The notes under the pieces: model-generated
What the model was told of the DNA's origin: nothing
Seen by the model: only the letters and a program-made list of their open reading frames with translations
Databases searched by the model: none
Assembly (NCBI GenBank): GCA_048620055.1
Contig: JBMCFZ010000001.1
Span: 1 to 26,851, forward strand
Length of the DNA: 26,851 bases
From: an archaeon
Lineage (GTDB): Archaea; B1Sed10-29
Direction of reading: 5' to 3'
Position numbers and translations under genes: made by a program
Shown here: positions 1-8,400 of the stretch, piece by piece
Position numbering within the stretch: position 1 is the stretch's first letter
How the letters are laid out: the number at the start of each line of letters is the position of its first letter

Positions 1-1
1 G

Positions 2-610
2 TATCAGACAACTGAAAAAGTTCTAAAGGAAATATCAAAAGGGCACGGAGAATTATCAAAAGAATTTAAGAAAACATATAAAGAAATAGAAACCGGGGAA
101 ACAGTGAAAAAAGCATTGAAAAACATGGGAGAAAGAACAGATTCAAAACTCGTTAAAAGAGCAACACAGGTTCTTATAAATGGACATGAATCGGGTTCAA
201 ATTTATCAAAAGCACTGGAAGAAACCGCTGAAGAAGCAAAAAAACTACATGAGATAAAGAGGAAAAGAAAATTAAGTACGACAATAGAGAAATACACTTT
301 GTTATTAGCTGGAGGATTAGTAGTGCCATTTATACTCGGAACACTAACTTCAGTAATAGGTTCATTAGAATTAGGAACAATAACACATTTAAGCATAGGA
401 GTATCGGAAGAAATAAGAGAACAGATAAAAAATAACGCTGTAAAAGGAAATCAAATATACATAGCAATATACTCTGTAATAGCTTCCTTATTTGTATCCT
501 ATCAAGAAAAAGAAATGGAAAAAGCATTGATATACATAGTAATACTTCTACCCACTGCTCTAGCAATATTTAACATTTCAAAAACAGTTAACATTCTAGA
601 AATCCTATAA
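2..610 (+). CDS. Type II secretion system F (TadC/FlaJ-like) membrane platform protein, 5'-truncated by the window edge
   Basis: Frame is open from base 2 (YQTTEKVLKEISKGHGELSKEFKKTYKEIETGETVKKALKNMGERTDSKLVKRATQVLINGHESGSNLSKALEETAEE), matching the T2SSF pattern G-x-LS-x-EF...G...AL..M..R..S...G..SG. Three C-terminal hydrophobic helices follow. The track start at 104 (GTG) is internal. Confidence 0.85.
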   Translation, partial: YQTTEKVLKEISKGHGELSKEFKKTYKEIETGETVKKALKNMGERTDSKLVKRATQVLINGHESGSNLSKALEETAEEAKKLHEIKRKRKLSTTIEKYTLLLAGGLVVPFILGTLTSVIGSLELGTITHLSIGVSEEIREQIKNNAVKGNQIYIAIYSVIASLFVSYQEKEMEKALIYIVILLPTALAIFNISKTVNILEIL

Positions 611-640
611 AAACGCAGTAAACGTAGAAAATGAGATAAA

Positions 641-655
641 CCAAAACCTTAAATA
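641..655 (+). promoter_or_regulatory. Putative BRE/TATA promoter of the PAC2-DUF473 unit, flanked by a 7-bp inverted repeat
   Basis: CCAAAACCTTAAATA lies between TGAGATA (632-638) and TATCTCA (654-660). Confidence 0.4.
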
Positions 656-729
656 TCTCACCTTATTCCTATATACCTGAAGAAATAAAGCTAATAAACA
701 AATAAAGAGAAAAAACAGAGAAGATTAAA

Positions 730-1476
730 ATGGTTAAAATAAAGCTCAAAAAAGATGCAAATCTTAAAGGAACAACAATGATAGAAGGATTTTCCGGAGG
801 AACAGGGCTAGTAGGAACAATAGCAGCTAATTACATAATAGAAAAAGAAAAAATGGATCCAGTAGGACACATAGAATCAAATAGATTCCCACCAGTAACC
901 CATATACACGAAGGAAGACCACAGCATCCGATTAGAATTTATAAACACCCTGATAAAAACATCTGTATATTGATAGGAGAGTTAATAATTCCAAGTGAAA
1001 TTACACAGGAACTATCGAACAAAATATTGAATTTCGCGGAAGAACAAGAAATAGAGAAAATAATATCAATTGGAGGGATGAGGAAAACAACAGGAGAAAA
1101 AAACAGTGAAAAAGTATATGGAATAACTTCAAAGAAAGAACTAAAGAAAGAACTGGAGGAACTAGATGTAGAATTAATAAAAGAAGGAATCGCGATGGGA
1201 GTATCAGGAGTAATACTTGCAAAAGCAGCAGAAAAACAATACCCCGCAATAAGCTTGCTTGCGGAATCAAGAAGAAACCTACCGGACCCAGAAGCGGCTG
1301 CAGAGATAGTGAAAAAGATAAATAAGATATTTGAAACAGATATAGATACCGATGAATTAAAAGAAAAGGCAAAAGACATAGAACAAAAGACAAAGAAATT
1401 AGTAAAAAGGGTTAAAAAAGCACAGAAGAGATACAAAGAGTCGGAAGAAAAACCAATATCCCCCATGTATGGATAA
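730..1476 (+). CDS. PAC2-family proteasome assembly chaperone (PbaA/PbaB-like)
   Basis: N-terminal IEGFSGGTGLVGTIAANYI resembles the family GFPGxGLVG motif. Also P-x-RIY, IISIGG, GVSGVIL, LLAES and PDPEAAA motifs, and a C-terminal HbYX tripeptide (M-Y-G). Confidence 0.92.
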   Translation: MVKIKLKKDANLKGTTMIEGFSGGTGLVGTIAANYIIEKEKMDPVGHIESNRFPPVTHIHEGRPQHPIRIYKHPDKNICILIGELIIPSEITQELSNKILNFAEEQEIEKIISIGGMRKTTGEKNSEKVYGITSKKELKKELEELDVELIKEGIAMGVSGVILAKAAEKQYPAISLLAESRRNLPDPEAAAEIVKKINKIFETDIDTDELKEKAKDIEQKTKKLVKRVKKAQKRYKESEEKPISPMYG

Positions 1477-1495
1477 TTAAAAAGAGGTGGTTAAA

Positions 1496-1855
1496 ATGAA
1501 GACCTTAATAGGAATTTTAGATGAAAGTATGAGAGACCTAAAAGAAAATGAAATTAAGACACTTGAACTAGTCACACCAGATAACGTAACAACTGCGGAG
1601 AATCTCGAAAGAAAAGAAGAAGTATTCATAACATCAGCCGGAAAAAGAGATGCAAAACCAGGTACAAAAGGAATCATAGCGGAAGTAAAGCATAAGAAAA
1701 GATTCTATAACAAAATAGGGTCATTATTTGATGAAAAAGAAGCATTAACTGTTAGAATACAATTAGAGTACTTGGAAGAAGCGGAAGCAAAAGACGTAAT
1801 GATAGAAGATAGAGGACTGGAAACAGAAATAGAAAAACACTTCCTATTTGGATAA
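1496..1855 (+). CDS. DUF473-family conserved archaeal protein
   Basis: GI...DL....IKTLEL....N......L.....VFITS....D..PGT.GIIA.V...R.QL pattern recognised as DUF473. GAGGTG (1484-1489) lies 6 nt before ATG 1496, so it is the SD and the track GTG at 1487 is probably not the start. Confidence 0.8.
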   Translation: MKTLIGILDESMRDLKENEIKTLELVTPDNVTTAENLERKEEVFITSAGKRDAKPGTKGIIAEVKHKKRFYNKIGSLFDEKEALTVRIQLEYLEEAEAKDVMIEDRGLETEIEKHFLFG

Positions 1856-1887
1856 AAAGAAATATGAAGAGATCTTAAAGTGTCCAC

Positions 1888-1902
1888 CAAATAAGTTAAA
1901 TA
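1888..1902 (+). promoter_or_regulatory. Putative BRE/TATA promoter for a leaderless flavin reductase transcript
   Basis: CAAATAAGTTAAATA with TTAAATA at 1896-1902, about 21-27 nt upstream of ATG 1923. Confidence 0.45.
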
Positions 1903-1922
1903 CTTTAAGTCAATAAAGGTAC

Positions 1923-2486
1923 ATGGGAATTAAGATGGAAATAGATAACCGTGAATTTCATAAATTATTAGTTCCAAGACCAGTTCTATTAGTAACAACT
2001 ATGAGTAAAAGGGGAAGAGCAGATGTATCTCCATTTTCCTTCACGGGACCAATATCCTTTGAACCTCCTTTATTGATGCTCTCAGTGGGAACAGATAAAC
2101 ACAGTTACTGGAGCATAGTTCAAAAAGAAGAATTTGTAGTTAATATTCCAAATGAAGAAATGTTGGAGAAAGTATGGATAGCAGGAGGAGATTGGGAAGA
2201 AGAGAAGTCAAAGATAGAAAAAGCAGAGTTAAAAACCGAGGAAAGTGACTTAATTGGGCCGCCACTACTATCCGAATGCCCAGTTAACATGGAATGTATA
2301 GTTAAAGATGCTAAGAAAATAGGTGACCATATACAAGTTATAGGGGAAATTAAAAAGATACATGTAGATGAAGAAGTAATAGATGACGATGGAAACTTAA
2401 AGGTAGATATAGTTAGACCGCCACTACATATATCTGGTGCAAAATTCGCTTTCCCATATGTAACTAAAAAAGCAGGTAAAGAATAA
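1923..2486 (+). CDS. Flavin reductase-like FMN-binding protein (DIM6/NTAB family)
   Basis: LLVPRPVLLVTT...G..DVSPFS...PISFEPPLL..SV...HS...I....EFVVNIP, plus PPLLSECPVNMEC and GDH...IGEI motifs. Confidence 0.9.
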   Translation: MGIKMEIDNREFHKLLVPRPVLLVTTMSKRGRADVSPFSFTGPISFEPPLLMLSVGTDKHSYWSIVQKEEFVVNIPNEEMLEKVWIAGGDWEEEKSKIEKAELKTEESDLIGPPLLSECPVNMECIVKDAKKIGDHIQVIGEIKKIHVDEEVIDDDGNLKVDIVRPPLHISGAKFAFPYVTKKAGKE

Positions 2487-2506
2487 TATCTTATTCTAGG
2501 TTTATC

Positions 2507-3979
2507 TTAAAGTTTATCTTTCTGAACAATTATCTGTTTATTACAATGAGGACATTCATATATTATAAATTCCCCTTGAGATTTTATCTTCTCAGCACAG
2601 TTAGTACAAGAACCTTCACCACAACTTGGACAATAAATAACAGTTGTATTCAGTGAACCACAATTAGGACAACCTTTATCTTTCTTAGATTCTTTTCCTG
2701 ATTCCTCTAAATCCTCTTCTAATAACTCTGATTCATCTTCTTCATCCACATCTTCTCCGAGAAGTGATTCTACTTCTGTTTCTCCATCAGAATCATCGTC
2801 TAAGTCACCTATATCTAGAGGTGGCAAATCATCAAACGATTTTCCAGAAACGCTTTCTCCTGAACTTTCTAAGCTTTCTTCTGATCTTCTTTCTCTTCCT
2901 TTTCTACTTTTTCTGCTTTTCTTACTTCTTTTACCTCTATATCTCTTGTACCTACTTCTACCTTTACTCTTTGAACTATCTTTAGATTTCTTCTTCTTAA
3001 ATATACTTGTTATTTTACCTAAACCTGATTTTTTCTCCTTTTCCTCCTCTTTTTCATCTTCACTCCCCCTACGTTTTAAGTATCTTTTTCTAGCTTCTCC
3101 ACTAGATTTCTCTCTTTCTCTTCTCTCTCTAATAACTTTTTTTAATTTCTTCTTCTCTTCTTCAGGCTTTATCTCAGGTTCTTCTTCAACCTCTTCTTTA
3201 TCTTCTTTCTTTTCTCTCCTACGCTCAATATATCTCTTCCTACGTTTTTCAAGCTTCTTAGATCTTTCCTCTTCAGATTCTTCTTCATCTTCTTTTTTCT
3301 CTCCTTTTAACTCTTCATCTTCTCCTTTCTCTTTTTCAGGGACTTCTATATCTTTTGTTATTTGCTCTATCTCTTGTTCCTCACTTAATGCAGGTTCTTC
3401 TTCGGGTTCTACTTCAAGCTCTTCTTCAGCCTCTTCTTTCTTATCCCTTTTTTCCTTTAAATCTTCTTCTGATGCTTTTTCATCTTCAATTATATCCTTA
3501 GATTCCTCTACCTCAGGTTCTTTCACCTCAGGTTCTTCTTTCTCAGGTTCCTCTTCTTCAATTTTTTCTTCTTTCTTATCCAGTTCCTTTCGTTCTTCAG
3601 GTTCTCTGCTAGGAGCTTTTCTTGGCTTCTTTCTCAAAACTTTTCCCCTTGGAATTTTTTTTCTAAATCCCATTCCACTTGAAGATGCCCAGGCCTTAAG
3701 GGCTACTGAGAAAATAGCTGAAATAACTGCTAGAATAGGTAAAGAATAAAGTATGGATCGAAAAACCGCGATAGATATAATTAGAGATGGAATAACCATT
3801 ATGAATCCCAAAGTAGAAGCAAATCCAAATTTCCTCTGATCTGAAAGCATTCTTATATCTGGAAAAGTAAATCTAAGTGTTAAGTAACCGTAACTTATTG
3901 CTCCAAAGACAGCTATTATGTTAAGAGCTAACCAAAATAGATTTATTTCCATTCCGAACACGGTGACCATTCTCATCAC
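2507..3979 (-). CDS. Hypothetical membrane-anchored protein with a long charged low-complexity linker and a C-terminal 4xCxxC Zn-binding domain
   Basis: About 3 hydrophobic helices in the first 100 aa, then about 330 aa of E/K/R/S/D-rich sequence, then CPNC, CPSC, CTNC and CPHC. Start may be ATG 3976 or 3970. Confidence 0.8.
   Translation of the reverse strand: MMRMVTVFGMEINLFWLALNIIAVFGAISYGYLTLRFTFPDIRMLSDQRKFGFASTLGFIMVIPSLIISIAVFRSILYSLPILAVISAIFSVALKAWASSSGMGFRKKIPRGKVLRKKPRKAPSREPEERKELDKKEEKIEEEEPEKEEPEVKEPEVEESKDIIEDEKASEEDLKEKRDKKEEAEEELEVEPEEEPALSEEQEIEQITKDIEVPEKEKGEDEELKGEKKEDEEESEEERSKKLEKRRKRYIERRREKKEDKEEVEEEPEIKPEEEKKKLKKVIRERREREKSSGEARKRYLKRRGSEDEKEEEKEKKSGLGKITSIFKKKKSKDSSKSKGRSRYKRYRGKRSKKSRKSRKGRERRSEESLESSGESVSGKSFDDLPPLDIGDLDDDSDGETEVESLLGEDVDEEDESELLEEDLEESGKESKKDKGCPNCGSLNTTVIYCPSCGEGSCTNCAEKIKSQGEFIIYECPHCNKQIIVQKDKL
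3510..3554 (-). repeat. Three imperfect 15-nt tandem copies encoding EPE units in the charged linker
   Basis: Plus strand acctcaggttctttc / acctcaggttcttct / ttctcaggttcctct, translating as EEPEKEEPEVKEPEV. Confidence 0.55.
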
Positions 3980-4112
3980 TTTGATTTTTTAATTTTTCCC
4001 TACATATTTACAAATACCTTAGATTATAAAGACCTTTACCATTTAATAGTTACTTAACATTACTCCAAATTCGTCCATTAATTACTTAAAGAAAGAATTA
4101 CTTTTATAGAGC

Positions 4113-4643
4113 ATGGCTATAGAAGGAGTAGGTATGGCGGAAATATTTGGAATAATAATTGAAAACCCATTGCTATTTCTATTAATGACATTTATAACCG
4201 GTTCTCTGAGAAACGGCCCGATTTTTTTAACTCTACTCGCTGTAATGACATCTATATTTACTTATCCATTTATCTTCCTGGGAATATGGATTCTAAAGAA
4301 ACAAATGATGAAGATAGAGGAATTTAATGACTGGCAAAAAGAACTAGTAACCGTTATTTCTTTATCTTTCATCTTCTGGATACTGATTAGAGTTTGGTAT
4401 GTTTTAGCTGGATCCAGTTTCATAACGGATATCCCTGGATTCATAGCTTGGGCACTAATAACAGGGTTTGTAGCTTACTTGTTTTACCTCGGAGCTAAGA
4501 AAACACATTTAATATTCACAGATAAATGGGAGATGCCAAAACCACTCTCTTACTTTATAGTAAATTACGCATTCAACTTAATAGGATGGATCCTCTTATA
4601 CATAATAATAATAGTGATAAGTATGGATACTGCATTCATATAA
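4113..4643 (+). CDS. Hypothetical integral membrane protein (about 5 TM helices)
   Basis: 176-aa ATG-started ORF made of hydrophobic segments. No family recognised. Confidence 0.7.
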   Translation: MAIEGVGMAEIFGIIIENPLLFLLMTFITGSLRNGPIFLTLLAVMTSIFTYPFIFLGIWILKKQMMKIEEFNDWQKELVTVISLSFIFWILIRVWYVLAGSSFITDIPGFIAWALITGFVAYLFYLGAKKTHLIFTDKWEMPKPLSYFIVNYAFNLIGWILLYIIIIVISMDTAFI

Positions 4644-4662
4644 CGTAAAAAAGGTGTAATGA

Positions 4663-5367
4663 ATGAATAAAAACCCCGTTAAAATACCTATGATAATTCT
4701 CATAAGCACATTAGTAATCTTATTACTATCTTCTATTGGAATTGGGCAGATAGAATCTAATATAGTGGGTCCAGAAGAAGATTTCGGAGAAATGCCTGGA
4801 TTAAATGATCTTCCTTGCTTTGAAGAAAACGGGCTTTGGTATTGCTACGAAGTATCACCCTCCACTGAAGTGAGATTAGAATTCGAAGAAAATATAGAAT
4901 GTTTTCTTGACGAAGAATCTCTGGATAAATACGAGGAAAAAGGAAATTGTTTTACATCAGTCAAATTCATGGAAGATGTTACCATTAATTCAACTTTAAG
5001 AGAAATACATTCACCACAAGAATACAAAAGAGTAAAAAGAGAAAAAGAATTCAAAAAAAACGATAATATAACCGCTATAGTCTCCCCCGAACAAATAGAT
5101 TATAACAGATGTGGTGAGCCAGAGTTAAATGACACTTTACTAGATTTAACTGAAATTTACAAAGTAGATTGTAATTATACGAATAGAGAATACAGTGCAA
5201 ATATAACCTATTACGGAGAAGGTATCCTTATTCATGAGATGGCTCCTCCAAAAGAAGAATCTTTTAGAATACCTTTATCAAGCTTACCTATATTGATACT
5301 GATAATATTAGTAATAGGAACAGGTGTATGGGTATTTTATCCTAAAATAAAAGATCATATGAAGTAA
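4663..5367 (+). CDS. Hypothetical exported protein with C-terminal membrane anchor
   Basis: N-terminal hydrophobic signal, acidic domain with 6 Cys and several N-x-S/T sequons, C-terminal SSLPI-LILIILVIGTGVWVFY-PKIK. SD-like AGGTG upstream. Confidence 0.75.
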   Translation: MNKNPVKIPMIILISTLVILLLSSIGIGQIESNIVGPEEDFGEMPGLNDLPCFEENGLWYCYEVSPSTEVRLEFEENIECFLDEESLDKYEEKGNCFTSVKFMEDVTINSTLREIHSPQEYKRVKREKEFKKNDNITAIVSPEQIDYNRCGEPELNDTLLDLTEIYKVDCNYTNREYSANITYYGEGILIHEMAPPKEESFRIPLSSLPILILIILVIGTGVWVFYPKIKDHMK

Positions 5368-5420
5368 CAAAAAATTCGAAAGTAAGAAAAATGAAAAACC
5401 ACAAATAAAAATAGAGGAAA

Positions 5421-8400
5421 ATGAAAATGAAGAGAAATTGGAAAACGGGTTGCTTAAAAGGAATTTCACTCGTATTAACCTTAGTTCTAACTCTACATAT
5501 GCTTTCTTTGCCTGTATCAGCTGCTCCTTATAATTCAAATGTATCTGATGAAGATCAAGAAGAATACACTGATGAAGAATTACCTCCTTTGAAAACTGAA
5601 AGTATAAGTGACAGCGTAGAAATAGTTGAATTAGATTGGAAGGAAGTAGAAAGATTATTGGATCAAACGGGAAATGTTACATTCGACGGATTTGGAGATA
5701 AATCTGCTTACGATGAATATAAAGCAAGAGAAGAAGCAGGAATATCAGATACACCAGGAATTAACAATACGGAAAATAAGTTTATTACTACGAATGAAGG
5801 AGAAACAGTAATGCTTTATGATTTACTTGAACATAGAGCAATAGACCCAACTGAAGTACCTCATCTAAGTCATATGGTTACAACAGGACATATGTCATAC
5901 ACTACCTTACTAGAAGAAACAACTAGAATATGTCCAGAATACCCAGATGAAACCTGTGAAACAGGACATCTAAACCCACAGAAAAGAAACGAACTTCAAG
6001 AAGAAATAAATGAAAAAGAAAGAGCTATTAACGAAGCTAGTGAAGTAGCAAGGGACGTCGCCGGACCAATGGGAGAGACTTTAGAGAGCATAACTTATCA
6101 AATGGGGTTCGCTGAATATGAGAATGTCACGGAATTTTTCGAAGGAGAAACAAAAGACTTAGAAGAACTAAAAGCAGAAATAGGAGATGAATCACCTTTA
6201 AACGCAATTCAAAGTAATTATTCCATATCACATCTACAAAGAACAGATTCTACATTACTCTTCCCTCATCATTTAGCTAAATTCACTCAATTCCTAGAAA
6301 GTTTACAACCAGGAGACAGAATGTACTCAGTAGCTCTAGGAATATCAGTAGCTACAAGCCTAGGAAGTGTAGCACAATCAATGAGTGGTCTTAAAATGGC
6401 TAAAAAAGGAACAGATGCAGTAGATAACTTAGATGCAGTGACTAAAAAAGCAGATAAAGCAATAAGCAATATTGAAGCAAAAATGAAGACAGGGGACCTT
6501 ACTCAAGATCAAATGGATGTCTTAAATGCTAAAAAATCTGCACTAAAAGCCTTAAAGAGCAAGGCAAAATCTGCAGATAGTGTAGATGACTTCCAAGATT
6601 CTGTAAAAGGGACAAGAATAGGTGGAGATACCACTAAAGGAAGTCAAGCATCAGAATCCTTTGATGATGCTATTAAAAATATAGAAAACAATAAAGAAAC
6701 CCTTGATAGCTTCGAGGGATTAAATGCTAATGATGAAATAGAGAATTATCAACTCGCAAAAAGACTAGTTAATGCAGAAGATTCTAAACAATACACTTCT
6801 ATACTTAATGATATAGATAGCACTGAAAAAGCTAATGAAGTACAAGATATACTTAAGACCCAAGGAGGTATAAGCGAATTTAATGATGTAACTAAAACTC
6901 TAGGTGGAACTGATGGAGACGAATTAATGAAAGCTTTGGGTAGACATGATGCATATTACGGTGATGTTGGACAATTTATGGGTACTACTATGGACACTAC
7001 AAGTAAGAAAGGTAAATTATTAACAGCTCTGACTGACTTAGGTGTGAGTCGAAGAGCAATAGGAATAAGAGCCCTATCAGGATTTAGAAATAGTGTAAGT
7101 GTATTTCAAGGATCATTAGTAGTTTCATTTATCCCTTTAACTTTCTTTGGACAACCAAAACCAACATTTGAATTAATGACTCTTTCAATGGAAGCAGAGC
7201 CAAATAGAGTAATTGAAGATAAAGATGCTTATTTAGAAATAGCTAGAGCTACAGATAGAGCTTATGGACAAGATTTTTATCCTGCAGGAGTATTTGAAAA
7301 TTTATTGAACTTCTTCAACTTTGATTTAAGTGAAATAACAGGAGAAAATGATGCAGACATAGTTAGAAGAAAAATAGAACAAAACCCAGGGCCTGGGTAC
7401 GTTAAAGTAATAGATCAAGAAACCTCTGCTGAACAATACTCAGAAAAACCAATTAACATGATTTATCCGCAGAGAATAGGTGACGGAACCGGAGAAAAAT
7501 GGATGATCAACAGTATAAATCCAACAATGACAGACTATCAAGCATTTGAACATCCCAAATCATACGTCGAAGGGAATAAAAATTTATTTTCAACATTTAC
7601 TCTGATAATAAAAAACCTGAACTTGGGTGGATTAACTACAGTAGAAGAAGATTGGGCAGAACATAGTCATGATTACCTAGTAGATTACACTCCAACTACT
7701 AAAACAATGGTTTACGGATCAGCGATAGGAGGAATACTAACTGGAATAGCACCAGGAGGAATGTTCACAGGTAGAACAGGAACAGGGGTGCTAAAAGGAG
7801 TTGTAGCAACATTAATGCTAAAAGGATGGGGTTCTTTAGCTCAAGAAGAAGCAGAAAGAATGCAAGATCAAAAATACGGTGAAGTTGTAGACATAGGAGA
7901 AGCTTATAAAGAGGGAGAGCCATGCAGTGCCAAACTTGATGAATTAGAAAGTGATATTCAAGATATGAGAAGATGGATGTGGGTAACAATAATCGGAAAT
8001 ACCGGAGCAGATATAACAAGCATGGCTATAACCAGTGCAGCTACAGCTACAACAGGACCATTTGGACTAGCTGTAACCGCAACTAACATTGGCTTCTCAA
8101 TAGCTAATTACTACTACACAAGAGAATATCAAACCCTAAAAACAGATGGATTAGAAGAAATGAAAGAATGTCAAGAGACAATGTTTGAAGTACTTGCATT
8201 GAAAGCAATGCCAACGGAAGATAAACAATCGGAAGATATGTTAGAACAAATTAAAGGAGATCTAGGGGAAGGATTATCAGGAATACCTGGAATAGAATCA
8301 ATATCACCGGAAACATCAGATGCCCTCAAAAATCTAGGGCCAACATCCTACCAAAATATAATGGCTCTAAGCGGAAAAATAGAAGGAAAAAGCTTAATAA

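Noticed and set aside
4-1677. Minus-strand ORFs 4..396, 330..566, 939..1466, 1001..1393 and 1477..1677
   Set aside because: Antisense to recognisable genes, with S/F/L-rich shadow composition.
2946-3749. 267-aa plus-strand ORF rich in Ser/Phe/Leu
   Set aside because: Antisense shadow of the E/K-rich linker of 2507..3979 (GAA/AAA codons read as TTC/TTT).
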